In this document: positions 8,858-17,944 of the stretch, one piece after another | Position numbering within the stretch: the stretch's first letter is position 1 | How the letters are laid out: each line of letters starts with the position of its first letter | Assembly (NCBI GenBank): GCA_050181585.1 | Contig: JBFXDA010000003.1 | Span: 6,155-70,154 of the forward strand | Length of the DNA: 64,000 nucleotides | Direction: 5' to 3' | Origin: Reyranellaceae bacterium | GTDB taxonomy: Bacteria; Pseudomonadota; Alphaproteobacteria; Reyranellales; JAQSWP01 | Notes under the pieces: generated by a model | Told to the model about the DNA's origin: nothing | Seen by the model: only the letters and a program-made list of their open reading frames with translations | The model's database searches: none | Made by a program: the position numbers and the translations under genes

Positions 8858-9578
8858 TAGGACTAACGGGCAATGCTGCTGCGCGGGCAGCGCCGACCGA
8901 CCTGCTTTCCGACAACTCACATGCAATATGATTGCGTCCGCTTGAGAGGCGCGGATGTGAAACGGCAGCACTCTAGAACGGATCGTTCGAATCCTTCCGC
9001 CGCGTGTCGGGCTGCTACTGCAGCTTTCCGGGGAGGAGACTCGCAAGCCGGGGAATTGCTGGCCAAGGCGATGCCGGAATGCGACGTCGAAGGACGACAT
9101 CTCGGGAAAGTCCTGGAGCTTGCAGTTCAGCCATCGGCGCCTGAGGCAGCCGCGGGAAGAGTTGGGTGCGGGACAGCCGCGAACATCGTGGTTGGTACGC
9201 GAGTAGTTCACTTGCTCAGCACGCAACATGATCCGATTGCCGCGCAGCCGGCCTTAACAGCCGCAAAGCGGATAAACGGACGGGCGCTGGCGTCCGGCGA
9301 GCGGTGCAGTATCCGACTCCGAAGAGCAGCGGAGCAAGAGGCTGCGCTCGGTCGGGGGAATACTCGCTCTGCCCTTTGTGCCAACCAGCGCCAAACGAAA
9401 AGAGGAGCAGACTCAATCGCCTGCCGCCCGAAAACCGGGAGCTGACTGTAACCGATACTCACGTTTTTGTTCGTGTCCATGCCGGGCCGACATCGGCTGC
9501 GCTCCTCAATTAATGGCGATCGCAATCAAGGCTATGGACGCCATGCGGATCCGCAGCGCGGCGTTCGGAAAGCGTCAG

Positions 9579-9620
9579 TTGACACAAAACCGCCACCGCG
9601 TTTAACATGAACCGTTTCAT
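9579..9620 (+). promoter_or_regulatory. Candidate promoter of the ABC-transporter operon, overlapped by operator site 3
   Basis: TTGACA (9579-9584), an 18-nt spacer, then TAACAT (9603-9608). aTGAACCGTTTCAT (9607-9620) overlaps the -10. The flanks CGCGTTT / AAACGCG extend the dyad. The ATG at 9637 follows a GAGGGGG Shine-Dalgarno sequence. Confidence 0.5.
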
Positions 9621-9636
9621 AAAACGCGAGGGGGTC

Positions 9637-10929
9637 ATGACAAAGGAACCGAAGAACAGAGTTGCTGTCTCCCGACGCCGAGTGCTTGGGACGGCAGCCG
9701 CCGCAGGGGCATTGACATTTGGAGTGCCGTTCATTCCTCGTGCGCAAGCCCCGACCATTCGCATCGGAATTCTTCATCCAGTCACCGGCGCATTGAGTGA
9801 AACCGGGCAATCCATGCGTTTGGCCGCCCAGATGGCGGCGGAATACATAAACGGCAATGGCGGCATCAAGTCCATGGGCGGCGCCCGCATCGAGCTCGTC
9901 TACGGCGATACGCAAAGCAATGCGGACGTCGCCAAGACGGAGGCGGAGCGCCTCGTCAACTCGGGCGTCGTCATGCTGCAGGGGGCATTCCATTCCGGGC
10001 ACACGGCGGCCATCGTGCCGATCGCGCAGCAGCGGCAGATACCCCTGATGATCGATCTGGGCAGTTCGGCGGCAATAACCGCGAACGTGGCGCAATCGGT
10101 GCGCGAAGGGAAGCAGAAGCTCCAGTACGTCTATCGAGTCTGCCCTTCATCCAACGTCTATGCCGCTTCGACGGTCAAGCACATGGCGGAGCTGTTCGCG
10201 GATGCCGGCGTCTCGGTGAAGCGCTGCGCCATGCTGCTGTCGAACGATTTGCTCGCGCAGTCCACCGGCACCCGTCTCAAGACCGAGATTGCGAAGGCGA
10301 ACGCCGGGTTCTCGATCGTCGATTCGATCGACTATCCCGAGAATGCCGTCGACCTCTCGACCGAGATCTCGCGCATAAAGGCCATGAAGCCGGACGTGAT
10401 CATTCCGATCGTGCGGCCGGCAACCGCGTCGATCATGCTGCAGGAACTGTACCGGCAGCGCGTCGACTACATGGGCATCATAGCGTCGGCGTCTTCCGGC
10501 CTTTACGAGCCATACCAGATAAACGCGCTGAAGAATCTGATCGAGTTCGTCATGAACGATCTGCCGTGGCCGAATTTCCGTCGGCCCCGCATGGACCAGA
10601 TCTCGGCGGAATACAGCAAGAGAGCCAATGGCCTGGCTTTCGACCTGAATTCCGGATTCGCCTACGAGACGCAATTGGTCATCGCCGATGTCCTGGAGCG
10701 CGCCAAGACGACCGATCCGGTCGGCCTGGTCGAGGCTATCAAAAAGACGGAATTCCACGGCAGCATCAGCATCAACAACGGCCCCATCCGCTTCGACGAG
10801 AATGGCGACAACGCGGCCGGCGGCACCGCCATGCTGCAGATACTGCGCGGAAAGACGCAGGTGGTTTGGCCCAAGGACGCGGCCGAGACGGAGTACGTTT
10901 TCCCCAGCACCAAGCAGCGAAGGCCTTAG
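9637..10929 (+). CDS. ABC transporter periplasmic substrate-binding protein (Liv/branched-chain amino acid-type, family 4), Tat-type signal peptide
   Basis: ORF track 9607..10929. The internal ATG at 9637 gives MTKEPKNRVAVSRRRVLGTAAAAGALTFG..AQA, which has a twin-arginine leader. The 9607 ATG lies inside the operator palindrome. Confidence 0.85.
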   Translation: MTKEPKNRVAVSRRRVLGTAAAAGALTFGVPFIPRAQAPTIRIGILHPVTGALSETGQSMRLAAQMAAEYINGNGGIKSMGGARIELVYGDTQSNADVAKTEAERLVNSGVVMLQGAFHSGHTAAIVPIAQQRQIPLMIDLGSSAAITANVAQSVREGKQKLQYVYRVCPSSNVYAASTVKHMAELFADAGVSVKRCAMLLSNDLLAQSTGTRLKTEIAKANAGFSIVDSIDYPENAVDLSTEISRIKAMKPDVIIPIVRPATASIMLQELYRQRVDYMGIIASASSGLYEPYQINALKNLIEFVMNDLPWPNFRRPRMDQISAEYSKRANGLAFDLNSGFAYETQLVIADVLERAKTTDPVGLVEAIKKTEFHGSISINNGPIRFDENGDNAAGGTAMLQILRGKTQVVWPKDAAETEYVFPSTKQRRP

Positions 10930-10989
10930 TGCGATCTTCCGACGTGGCTCGACTGGACTATTGCTGCAGAAGATCGGGGGAGAGGCATA

Positions 10990-11865
10990 GTGTTGGATCC
11001 AGAGCTGCTCATACAGGCGATAATTAACGGGGTATTGCTGGGCGGCGTCTACGCCCTGATGGCGACGGGCCTGAGTCTGATTTTCGGCGTGATGCGCGTC
11101 ATCAATTTCGCCCATGGCGAAATGATGGTGCTCGGCATGTATGTCGCGTTCCTTTGCAAGAGCCTGCTTGGCGCCGATCCATTCGTCGCGTGGCCCGTCG
11201 CCGCTCTCGTGTTGTTCTTCCTGGGCGTCTTCATCCAACGCTATGTCATCAACCGGATCCTCGACGCGCCGCACGAAATCCAGCTCCTCCTGATGCTCGG
11301 GCTGGCTCTCGTGCTGCAGAATACCTTCCTGGTGCTGTTTGGCCCGGCGCCGAAAAGCGTCGGGTCCTTCATGTCGCTCTGGACGGTGTGGCTCGGCCCG
11401 TGGTTCATCGACATGCCGCGTCTGATCACGTTCGGCCTCGCGGTGGTCGTCACCGGCCTGCTTTTCGTATTCCTCCAATATTCCAGAATGGGCCGCGAAA
11501 TCAGGGCGGCATCCGACAACCCGTACGGCGCCAAGGTAATCGGACTCGATTCGAGATTCATCTATGCCGTGGCGTTCGGCATCGGGGCCGCCTGCGTCGG
11601 CATAAGCGGGACGCTGGTCGCCTCGTTCGTGAATTTCGATCCCTCGATGGGCTTCGTGCTCGGCGTGACTTCGTTCTACGTCGTGATAATCGGCGGCATG
11701 GGCAACATTCCCGGCGCGTTTCTCGGAGGATTGGTGGTCGCGATCGGGGAGTCGCTCGGGGCGGTCTTGCTGTCGCCGTCGTTGAAGCAGCTGGTCTCGT
11801 TCTCGCTGTTCATCGTAATTCTGCTTTTCCGACCGGCCGGTCTGCTGGGGCGGGGCAGGCTATGA
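10990..11865 (+). CDS. Branched-chain amino acid-type ABC permease (LivH-like), 291 aa
   Basis: ORF track 10990..11865, starting at GTG. The protein is hydrophobic and multi-pass and contains the motif INFAHGEMMVLGMY, which is typical of LivH. Confidence 0.9.
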   Translation: MLDPELLIQAIINGVLLGGVYALMATGLSLIFGVMRVINFAHGEMMVLGMYVAFLCKSLLGADPFVAWPVAALVLFFLGVFIQRYVINRILDAPHEIQLLLMLGLALVLQNTFLVLFGPAPKSVGSFMSLWTVWLGPWFIDMPRLITFGLAVVVTGLLFVFLQYSRMGREIRAASDNPYGAKVIGLDSRFIYAVAFGIGAACVGISGTLVASFVNFDPSMGFVLGVTSFYVVIIGGMGNIPGAFLGGLVVAIGESLGAVLLSPSLKQLVSFSLFIVILLFRPAGLLGRGRL

Positions 11866-12815
11866 AACACTGGCCGCTTCTGCTTCTCCTCGTCGTTCTC
11901 GGGTTGCTTCCGCTCGCGGTGAATTCCCACATTCTGGCCGTCCTGACCCTGATCTTCTATTACGGATTTCTCGGCCAGGCCTGGAACATCATCGGCGGTT
12001 ACGGGGGGCAGCTCTCGTTCGGACACGCGGCGTTCTTCGGTTGCGCCGCCTATGTTACCGTCATGCTCTCCATGACCATAGGCCTCACGCCGTGGATCGG
12101 CATGTTCGTCGGCTCCCTGGCCGCCGGCGTGCTCGGCGCCGCCATGGGGTATCTGGGATTCCGCTTCGGCCTGAGAGGGTTCTATTTCGCGCTTCTGACG
12201 GTGGCGGTGGCGGAGATCGCGCGCATCATCGCCCATAACACCGAGGCGATCGGCGGCGGCGTGGGCCTGTTCATCACCTATACCGGAAACCCCGCCGAAT
12301 TCCAGTTCAGCAATCCGATGACGTACTGCTACGTCGCCTTCACCATGATGCTGATAGCGACCGGCATCGTATGGCTGATCGAGCACTCGAAGTTCGGCAC
12401 CTATCTGACCGCAATCAGGGAGGACGAGGAAGCGGCCGCGTCGCTCGGGGTGAACGTCTTTCTCTACAAGATGTTCGCCTGCACGCTGTCCGCGTTCCTG
12501 ACGGGTTTCGGCGGCGCGTTCTACGCCTATCACCATTTCTCGCTTCAGCCGGACAGCGTGTTCGGCATGCCGCTGTCGGTGGAGATCGTCATCCGCCCGA
12601 TCATCGGCGGCCTGGGCACGGTTGCGGGGCCGATTCTGGGATCTCTGCTGCTCTCGCCGCTCGGTGAGATATCGCGCACCTTCTTCGCCGAAGTGGGTCG
12701 CCCCGGCGCCCACCTGATCGTCTATGGCGCGCTGCTCATGGCGGTGGCGCTGTTCATGCCGGGCGGGATCGTATCGCTGCTTCGTCGGCTGAACCTGCGG
12801 AGACCCCGGTCGTGA
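11862..12815 (+). CDS. Branched-chain amino acid-type ABC permease (LivM-like), 317 aa
   Basis: An in-frame ATG at 11862 within track ORF 11154..12815 makes an ATGA overlap with the livH-like stop. The product begins MKHWPLLLLLVVLG and contains QLSFGHAAFFG, which is typical of LivM. The upstream part of the track ORF is an Arg-rich out-of-frame overlap. Confidence 0.85.
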   Translation: MKHWPLLLLLVVLGLLPLAVNSHILAVLTLIFYYGFLGQAWNIIGGYGGQLSFGHAAFFGCAAYVTVMLSMTIGLTPWIGMFVGSLAAGVLGAAMGYLGFRFGLRGFYFALLTVAVAEIARIIAHNTEAIGGGVGLFITYTGNPAEFQFSNPMTYCYVAFTMMLIATGIVWLIEHSKFGTYLTAIREDEEAAASLGVNVFLYKMFACTLSAFLTGFGGAFYAYHHFSLQPDSVFGMPLSVEIVIRPIIGGLGTVAGPILGSLLLSPLGEISRTFFAEVGRPGAHLIVYGALLMAVALFMPGGIVSLLRRLNLRRPRS

Positions 12816-13540
12816 ACATGCTGGAGGTCAACAATCTCTCCAAAGGGTTTGGCGGGCTTATGGCGTTGCGGAACGTAACGTTCGAAATGCGGACCGGCGA
12901 GATTCTGGGGGTGATCGGGCCGAACGGAGCGGGCAAAACGACATTGTTCAATGTCATATCCGGCTCCATGTGGCCCGATACCGGCGACGTCCGCTTTTGC
13001 GGCAAAGGCATCGGCCGGATGCCGCCGCACGAAGTATGCAAGCTCGGCCTGGTGCGCACTTTCCAGATCGTCAGGCCGTTTGCCAAGCTGTCGGTCATCA
13101 AGAACATCGCGGTCGGGGCGCTGAACCGGACCAATCGGATGGCCGAAGCGCTTGCCCTGGCCGAGGAAATATCGGAGCGGGTCGGTCTTGGCGAGAAAAG
13201 GGACGCGCCTGCCACGTCTCTGACGCTGGCCGACCGCAAGCGCCTCGAACTGGCGAGGGCGCTGGCGACGACTCCAAGCCTGCTGCTGCTCGACGAGGTC
13301 ATGGCCGGACTGACGCCCACGGAAACCGACATGATCATCGACGTGATACGCTCGATCAGGCAATCCGGCACGTCGATTCTGCTCATCGAGCACAATCTTC
13401 GCGCCGTGATGGCCCTTTCCGAACGGCTCATCGTCCTGAACTTCGGCGAAAAAATCTCCGAAGGCAGTCCAGCCGAGGTCTCGAAGGATCCGCTCGTCAT
13501 CAAGGCCTATCTGGGCGAGAAAGGCGGATTGAGTGCTTAG
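12812..13540 (+). CDS. ABC transporter ATP-binding protein (LivG-like), 242 aa
   Basis: ORF track 12812..13540. It has the Walker A motif GPNGAGKTT, a signature/Walker B region LLLLDEVMAGL, and a 4-nt overlap with the permease gene. Confidence 0.9.
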   Translation: MNMLEVNNLSKGFGGLMALRNVTFEMRTGEILGVIGPNGAGKTTLFNVISGSMWPDTGDVRFCGKGIGRMPPHEVCKLGLVRTFQIVRPFAKLSVIKNIAVGALNRTNRMAEALALAEEISERVGLGEKRDAPATSLTLADRKRLELARALATTPSLLLLDEVMAGLTPTETDMIIDVIRSIRQSGTSILLIEHNLRAVMALSERLIVLNFGEKISEGSPAEVSKDPLVIKAYLGEKGGLSA

Positions 13541-14237
13541 GGTTTCGGAAATCCAGGCCGGATACCAGTCTCTCGTGGCGGTCCACGACGTTTCGCTCGA
13601 ACTCGAGGAAGGCGAGGCCGTTGCCCTGATCGGCTCCAACGGCGCGGGCAAAACCACGACGTTGCGCGCGATCGCGGGTCTCATCCCGATAAGCCGTGGA
13701 ACCATAGAATTCATGGGAAAGCGCATCGACAGGATGGAGTTCTCCAAGATCGCCGAACTTGGCCTGGTGCACATTCCGGAAGGCCGCGAGCTGTTCCCGA
13801 CAATGACGGTTCGCGAGAACCTCGAGCTTGGCGCCCAGACCCGCGAGGCGCGAGCCAAATCGAAGGCCAATCTCGACCGCGCCTTCGAGCTGTTTCCCGT
13901 CCTCAAGGAACGCGAGCGCCAGGCCGCCGGGACCCTTTCGGGGGGAGAACGGCAGATGTGCGCGATCGGACGCGGGCTCATGGCTTGTCCGCAACTGCTG
14001 ATGCTCGATGAACCCTCGCTTGGTCTGGCGCCGGTAATGGTCGAACGGATCATGGGCGATCTTACGCGCATCAAGGAGAACGGCCTGACGATACTTCTCG
14101 TCGAACAGCACGTCTCCCGCGCGCTCGAGCTTGCGCAGAAGGGTTACGTCATCGAGAACGGACGCATCACCCTGTCGGGCGATAGCGCAAGCCTGATCTC
14201 CAATCCGCGGGTTCAGGAAGCCTATCTCGGCATGTAG
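13533..14237 (+). CDS. ABC transporter ATP-binding protein (LivF-like), 234 aa
   Basis: ORF track 13533..14237. It has the Walker A motif GSNGAGKTT, the signature LSGGERQM and the Walker B motif LLMLDEPS. Confidence 0.9.
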   Translation: MLRVSEIQAGYQSLVAVHDVSLELEEGEAVALIGSNGAGKTTTLRAIAGLIPISRGTIEFMGKRIDRMEFSKIAELGLVHIPEGRELFPTMTVRENLELGAQTREARAKSKANLDRAFELFPVLKERERQAAGTLSGGERQMCAIGRGLMACPQLLMLDEPSLGLAPVMVERIMGDLTRIKENGLTILLVEQHVSRALELAQKGYVIENGRITLSGDSASLISNPRVQEAYLGM

Positions 14238-14256
14238 GGAAATCGGGAAGAACGAC

Positions 14257-15354
14257 GTGAAGATCAAGACGGTTCGGCCAATCGCGCTAAGTATTCCGGT
14301 CCGGTACGCGGGCAAGCCGCTGCAGCTTGCCGGCGCTCCCTGGCGCAACCAGGAAATAGTGCTGGTCGAGATCCGGACCGAGTCGGGCGCTGTCGGCTAT
14401 GGCGAAGCCTACTGCATCGTGGCGGGCATTCGAAACGCGCTGGTCAGTCTGGTCAACGACATGATCGCTCCGCTTCTGGTCGGCCAGAACGCGGCCGATA
14501 TCGCCGGCGTGGTGACTGGCTTGCAGCGTTCCGTGCAGCCTTTCGGCCGCTATGGGCTGATGATGGCAGCCGTATCGGGGGTCGACATCGCGCTCTGGGA
14601 TATTGCCGGGAAAGTCGCCAACCAACCGCTGAGCCGTCTGCTGGGCGGGTATCAGGAGGCCCTGCCGTCCGCCGCCAGTCTGGTGCGGACCGGCGATGCG
14701 TCCGAACTCGCTCGCAAGATCGAAGAGGCAATGGCGGCAGGCTACAAGGCCGTCAAGATCCACGAGAACGATCTCGGCTGCATCGCGGCCGCTCGATCCG
14801 CCGCCGGTCCGGATACCCGGATGAGCGTCGACATAAACTGCTCGTGGGATTTGCCCTATGCCCAGAAGGCCCTGAGCATCATCGGCGAAGCCCGTCCCTA
14901 TTTCGTCGAAGACCCGATTTGGCCGCCCGAGAACCTGAAAGGCCTGGCGCGTCTTCGCGCGCAGTCCGGATTGCTCATTGCGACCGGGGGCACCAGCTGC
15001 ACCGCTTGGGAGTTCCAGAACATTTTCGACGCGGACGCGGCCGATTTCTGCCAGCCGAGCGTGACGGTCGTGGGCGGCGTGACGGAAGTCCAGAAAATCG
15101 CGCATATTGCGCGGACCCGCAACGTCGCCTTGTCGCTGCACACGCCGTATTTCGGTCCCGGTCTTCTGGCGTCCCTCCATCTTGCGGCGGCGTACGGAAT
15201 GACCAACGAATTCGAGCGGCCGTTCTACGCTCTCGAGGCCGATCCTTACGGCGGGCAGTTTCTGGCCCGCGCCGGAGCGTCGCGGGTACCCAAAGGACCG
15301 GGACTCGGCGCCGACCCGGATCCGGCAGTCATCGAAAGATATGCCGTAAACTGA
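14257..15354 (+). CDS. Enolase-superfamily enzyme (mandelate racemase / muconate lactonizing enzyme family), 365 aa
   Basis: ORF track 14257..15354. The N-terminal capping domain (VLVEIRTESGAVGYGEAY) and barrel metal-ligand contexts (VDINCSWD, FVEDPIWP) are typical of the MR/MLE family. Confidence 0.8.
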   Translation: MKIKTVRPIALSIPVRYAGKPLQLAGAPWRNQEIVLVEIRTESGAVGYGEAYCIVAGIRNALVSLVNDMIAPLLVGQNAADIAGVVTGLQRSVQPFGRYGLMMAAVSGVDIALWDIAGKVANQPLSRLLGGYQEALPSAASLVRTGDASELARKIEEAMAAGYKAVKIHENDLGCIAAARSAAGPDTRMSVDINCSWDLPYAQKALSIIGEARPYFVEDPIWPPENLKGLARLRAQSGLLIATGGTSCTAWEFQNIFDADAADFCQPSVTVVGGVTEVQKIAHIARTRNVALSLHTPYFGPGLLASLHLAAAYGMTNEFERPFYALEADPYGGQFLARAGASRVPKGPGLGADPDPAVIERYAVN

Positions 15355-15558
15355 TTGCGACAATGGATTCGGCTCGCGCATCTGGCGCGAGCCGAACCGC
15401 ACGCACGAACCGAGCTTCGGCCGGCATCGCCAACCGATCGTTCCCGCTCGTCGCCCGCGATCCCGCTGCCCGATCGCGTTCGCCCTTGGCGCCGGCAAAC
15501 CAAAAATCCCCAATGGCGGTCAATCGTATTGAACTTGGAAGCAATAAGTGCTGAACTA

Positions 15559-15572
15559 ATGAAACGGTTCAT
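15559..15572. promoter_or_regulatory. Operator-like site 4 (ATGAAACGGTTCAT), abutting the Shine-Dalgarno sequence of the Mo-hydroxylase gene
   Basis: Read directly: ctaATGAAACGGTTCATAAGAGGctggcgTTG. The reverse complement contains the shared 13-mer TGAACCGTTTCAT. The site lies 13 nt upstream of the TTG start at 15585. Confidence 0.55.
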
Positions 15573-15584
15573 AAGAGGCTGGCG

Positions 15585-17915
15585 TTGGAATTGATTGGAG
15601 CAAGGAAAGGCTCGAATCCAAGCGAATTGGTCATGGGTCAGGGCCAGTACGTGGCCGACCTGACTTTTCCCGGCTTGGCTCATGCGGCGATTGTCCGCTC
15701 TGGCGCGGCGCATGCCGAACTTGCGGCAGTCGACATCAAGGCGGCCATGAGCATGCCCGGGGTCATCGCGATCATGACCTTTGCCGACATCGCCGATTTG
15801 CAGCCGATTCCCTGCCTGCGTCCCGTCGAAAGCCACGACGGCCGCGGTTGGATCGAGCCGCCAAGGTACGTGCTTGCCAAGACGTCCGTTCGGCACGTCG
15901 GCGAAGCGATCGCCATGGTGATCGCGGAGAGCGAAACGGAAGCTCAACTCGCCGCCGATGCGGTGGAGATCAGCTACGAGGAAGCCGAGGCGCTTACGGC
16001 AGTCGAAGAAGCCATAATGGAGGGCGCTCCCCAACTTTATCCGACTCATCCGAACAACATTTGCTTCGATTGGCGCCTCGGGTCGCTCCAGGACGTGGAT
16101 GCGAGGATCGCCGAGGCCTCGTACGCGATCAAACTCAAGACGGTTCAAAGCCGGGTGGTCGGAAATCCGATCGAGACGCGCCAGGCGATCGGCCATTACG
16201 ATCCGTCCCTCGGGCAATACACGTTGTGGGCGGGAACGCAATCGCCTCACTACCTTCGCGATGCGCTGGCGGAGAAGGTGCTGCAGATCCCCAAGGAGCG
16301 TCTGCGCCTGATTTCCCCGGATGTCGGCGGCGGGTTCGGTCCCAAGCATTACCTGTATCCCGAATATGCCCTCGTTCTTTCCGCCGCAAAGCAGATAGGG
16401 CGGCCAATCAAGTGGAACGCCACGCGGTCGGAGGCCTTTCTCAGCGACACCCAGGGGCGGGACTATGTCGTCGAGGCGACGATGGCGCTGAACAGCGATC
16501 TGCGGATCGTGGCATTGAAAGTGGATGCCCTGGCGAACATGGGCGCCTATCTCTCCACCTTGTGCACGTCCAGCCCGACCGGCGGCTTCGCGGGCTCGCT
16601 GCCGAACGTCTACGACATCGCCTCCCTCTTCGTGCGCTCCCGCGGCGTTTTCACCAACACCGTCCCAGTCGATGCCTACCGGGGCGCCGGGCGGTCGGAG
16701 GCGGTCTACGTTATCGAGCGCCTGATCGACCGGGCGGCGCGCGACATCGGCGTCTGCCCGGCCGAGCTTCGCAAAAGGAACCTGGTATCGGTCTCGCAGA
16801 TGCCGTTTCGCTCGGCGGCGGGGCATGTCTACGACAGCGGCGACTTCCACCGCTCGATGAGCACCGCTCTCGAATTGAGCCAGTGGTCCACATTCGGCCA
16901 GCGCCGCCTCGAATCGCGAGACTGCCGGAAATTGAGAGGCATTGGCGTGGCCAATTACCTCGAGCACACGAGCCGGTCGGTGAAGGAGAACGCCAGCATC
17001 GGCTTTGCCGAAGACGGAACGGTTCGGGTCCGTGTCGGCACGCAGTCGACCGGACAGGACCATGCCAGCGCCTACTCGAAAATCGTCGCCAGAAATCTCG
17101 GCATTCCGCCGGAACTCGTCCAGCTACAGCAGGGAGACACCGATCTCCTGCCGTTCGGGTTCGGTACGGGCGGCTCCCGATCCCTCATGGCGGGAGGCAA
17201 CGCCGTCGATCTCGCCTGCAAGACGATCCTGCGCCGGTCGCGCAAAATCGCCTGCGTCCTCCTGGAATGCCAAGACGACGAACTGGAGTATTCCCAGGGG
17301 GCCTGGCAGCTCAAGAACTCCAATCGCCATCTGCCGATCCTGGAAATCGCAAAAATTTGCCGCGACCGCCGCCTCGCCGTGGAGGAGGGCTGGAATATTC
17401 TGGACGTGCACAGCGTTTTCGAAGGCTCCGCGGTCACCTATCCGAACGGGTGCCACGTATGCGAAGTGGAAATCGACCCCGAAACCGGCGAGATCGCGAT
17501 CCTCAACTATAGCGCCGTCGACGATTTCGGCCAGATCATTAGCTCTTCCTCCGCCCTGGGCCAGGTCCATGGCGGCGTTGCCCAGGGCATCGGGCAGGCG
17601 CTGTTCGAGCAAGCGATCTACGATCGGCAGAGCGGGCAGCTCCTGACCGGCTCGTTCATGGATTACGCCATGCCGCGGGCGGAACACTTGCCGATCTTTC
17701 GCCACGCGTTCAACGAAGTGCCTTGCCTGACCAACCCGATCGGCGTCAAGGGCGCCGGCGAAAGCGGCGCGATCGCGGCGCCGCCGGCGGTGGTCAATGC
17801 CGTGGTCGATGCCGTGTGGGAGCTTGGAATTCGGGAGCTGGACATGCCGATCACGCCAAGTGCGCTGTGGCGTCTCATGCAGTCCGCAAAACCGTCCGAA
17901 CTGCATCGGAGATAG
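15585..17915 (+). CDS. Xanthine dehydrogenase / aldehyde oxidase / CoxL family molybdopterin-binding large subunit, 776 aa
   Basis: ORF track 15585..17915, starting at TTG. The N-terminus (ELVMGQGQYVADLTFPGLAHAAIVRS) and the GGGFG-type motif (PDVGGGFGPK) are typical of this family. No adjacent 2Fe-2S or FAD-binding (CoxS/CoxM-type) subunit genes are present. Confidence 0.85.
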   Translation: MELIGARKGSNPSELVMGQGQYVADLTFPGLAHAAIVRSGAAHAELAAVDIKAAMSMPGVIAIMTFADIADLQPIPCLRPVESHDGRGWIEPPRYVLAKTSVRHVGEAIAMVIAESETEAQLAADAVEISYEEAEALTAVEEAIMEGAPQLYPTHPNNICFDWRLGSLQDVDARIAEASYAIKLKTVQSRVVGNPIETRQAIGHYDPSLGQYTLWAGTQSPHYLRDALAEKVLQIPKERLRLISPDVGGGFGPKHYLYPEYALVLSAAKQIGRPIKWNATRSEAFLSDTQGRDYVVEATMALNSDLRIVALKVDALANMGAYLSTLCTSSPTGGFAGSLPNVYDIASLFVRSRGVFTNTVPVDAYRGAGRSEAVYVIERLIDRAARDIGVCPAELRKRNLVSVSQMPFRSAAGHVYDSGDFHRSMSTALELSQWSTFGQRRLESRDCRKLRGIGVANYLEHTSRSVKENASIGFAEDGTVRVRVGTQSTGQDHASAYSKIVARNLGIPPELVQLQQGDTDLLPFGFGTGGSRSLMAGGNAVDLACKTILRRSRKIACVLLECQDDELEYSQGAWQLKNSNRHLPILEIAKICRDRRLAVEEGWNILDVHSVFEGSAVTYPNGCHVCEVEIDPETGEIAILNYSAVDDFGQIISSSSALGQVHGGVAQGIGQALFEQAIYDRQSGQLLTGSFMDYAMPRAEHLPIFRHAFNEVPCLTNPIGVKGAGESGAIAAPPAVVNAVVDAVWELGIRELDMPITPSALWRLMQSAKPSELHRR

Positions 17916-17944
17916 TTCTTGGAACGCATCTGGGGAAAACGGAC

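Noticed and set aside
8973-8994. The tRNA T-arm-like string GGATCGTTCGAATCC suggested a tRNA gene or a tRNA-derived att site.
   Set aside because: No acceptor, D or anticodon stems can be drawn. The candidate span is about 57 nt, and there is no integrase nearby. A collapsed copy of the hairpin repeat explains it better, or it may be chance.
9369-9383. A sigma-54-like TGGCAC on the minus strand (TTGGCACaaaggGCAG) inside the non-coding gap.
   Set aside because: The GC element is 2 nt too close to the GG element compared with TGGCAC-N5-TTGC, and no downstream gene lies in that orientation.
9607-9636. ATG 9607 as the start of the substrate-binding protein (MNRFIKREGV...).
   Set aside because: That ATG is part of the operator palindrome ATGAACCGTTTCAT. 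The GAGGGGG Shine-Dalgarno sequence and the twin-arginine signal peptide fit ATG 9637.
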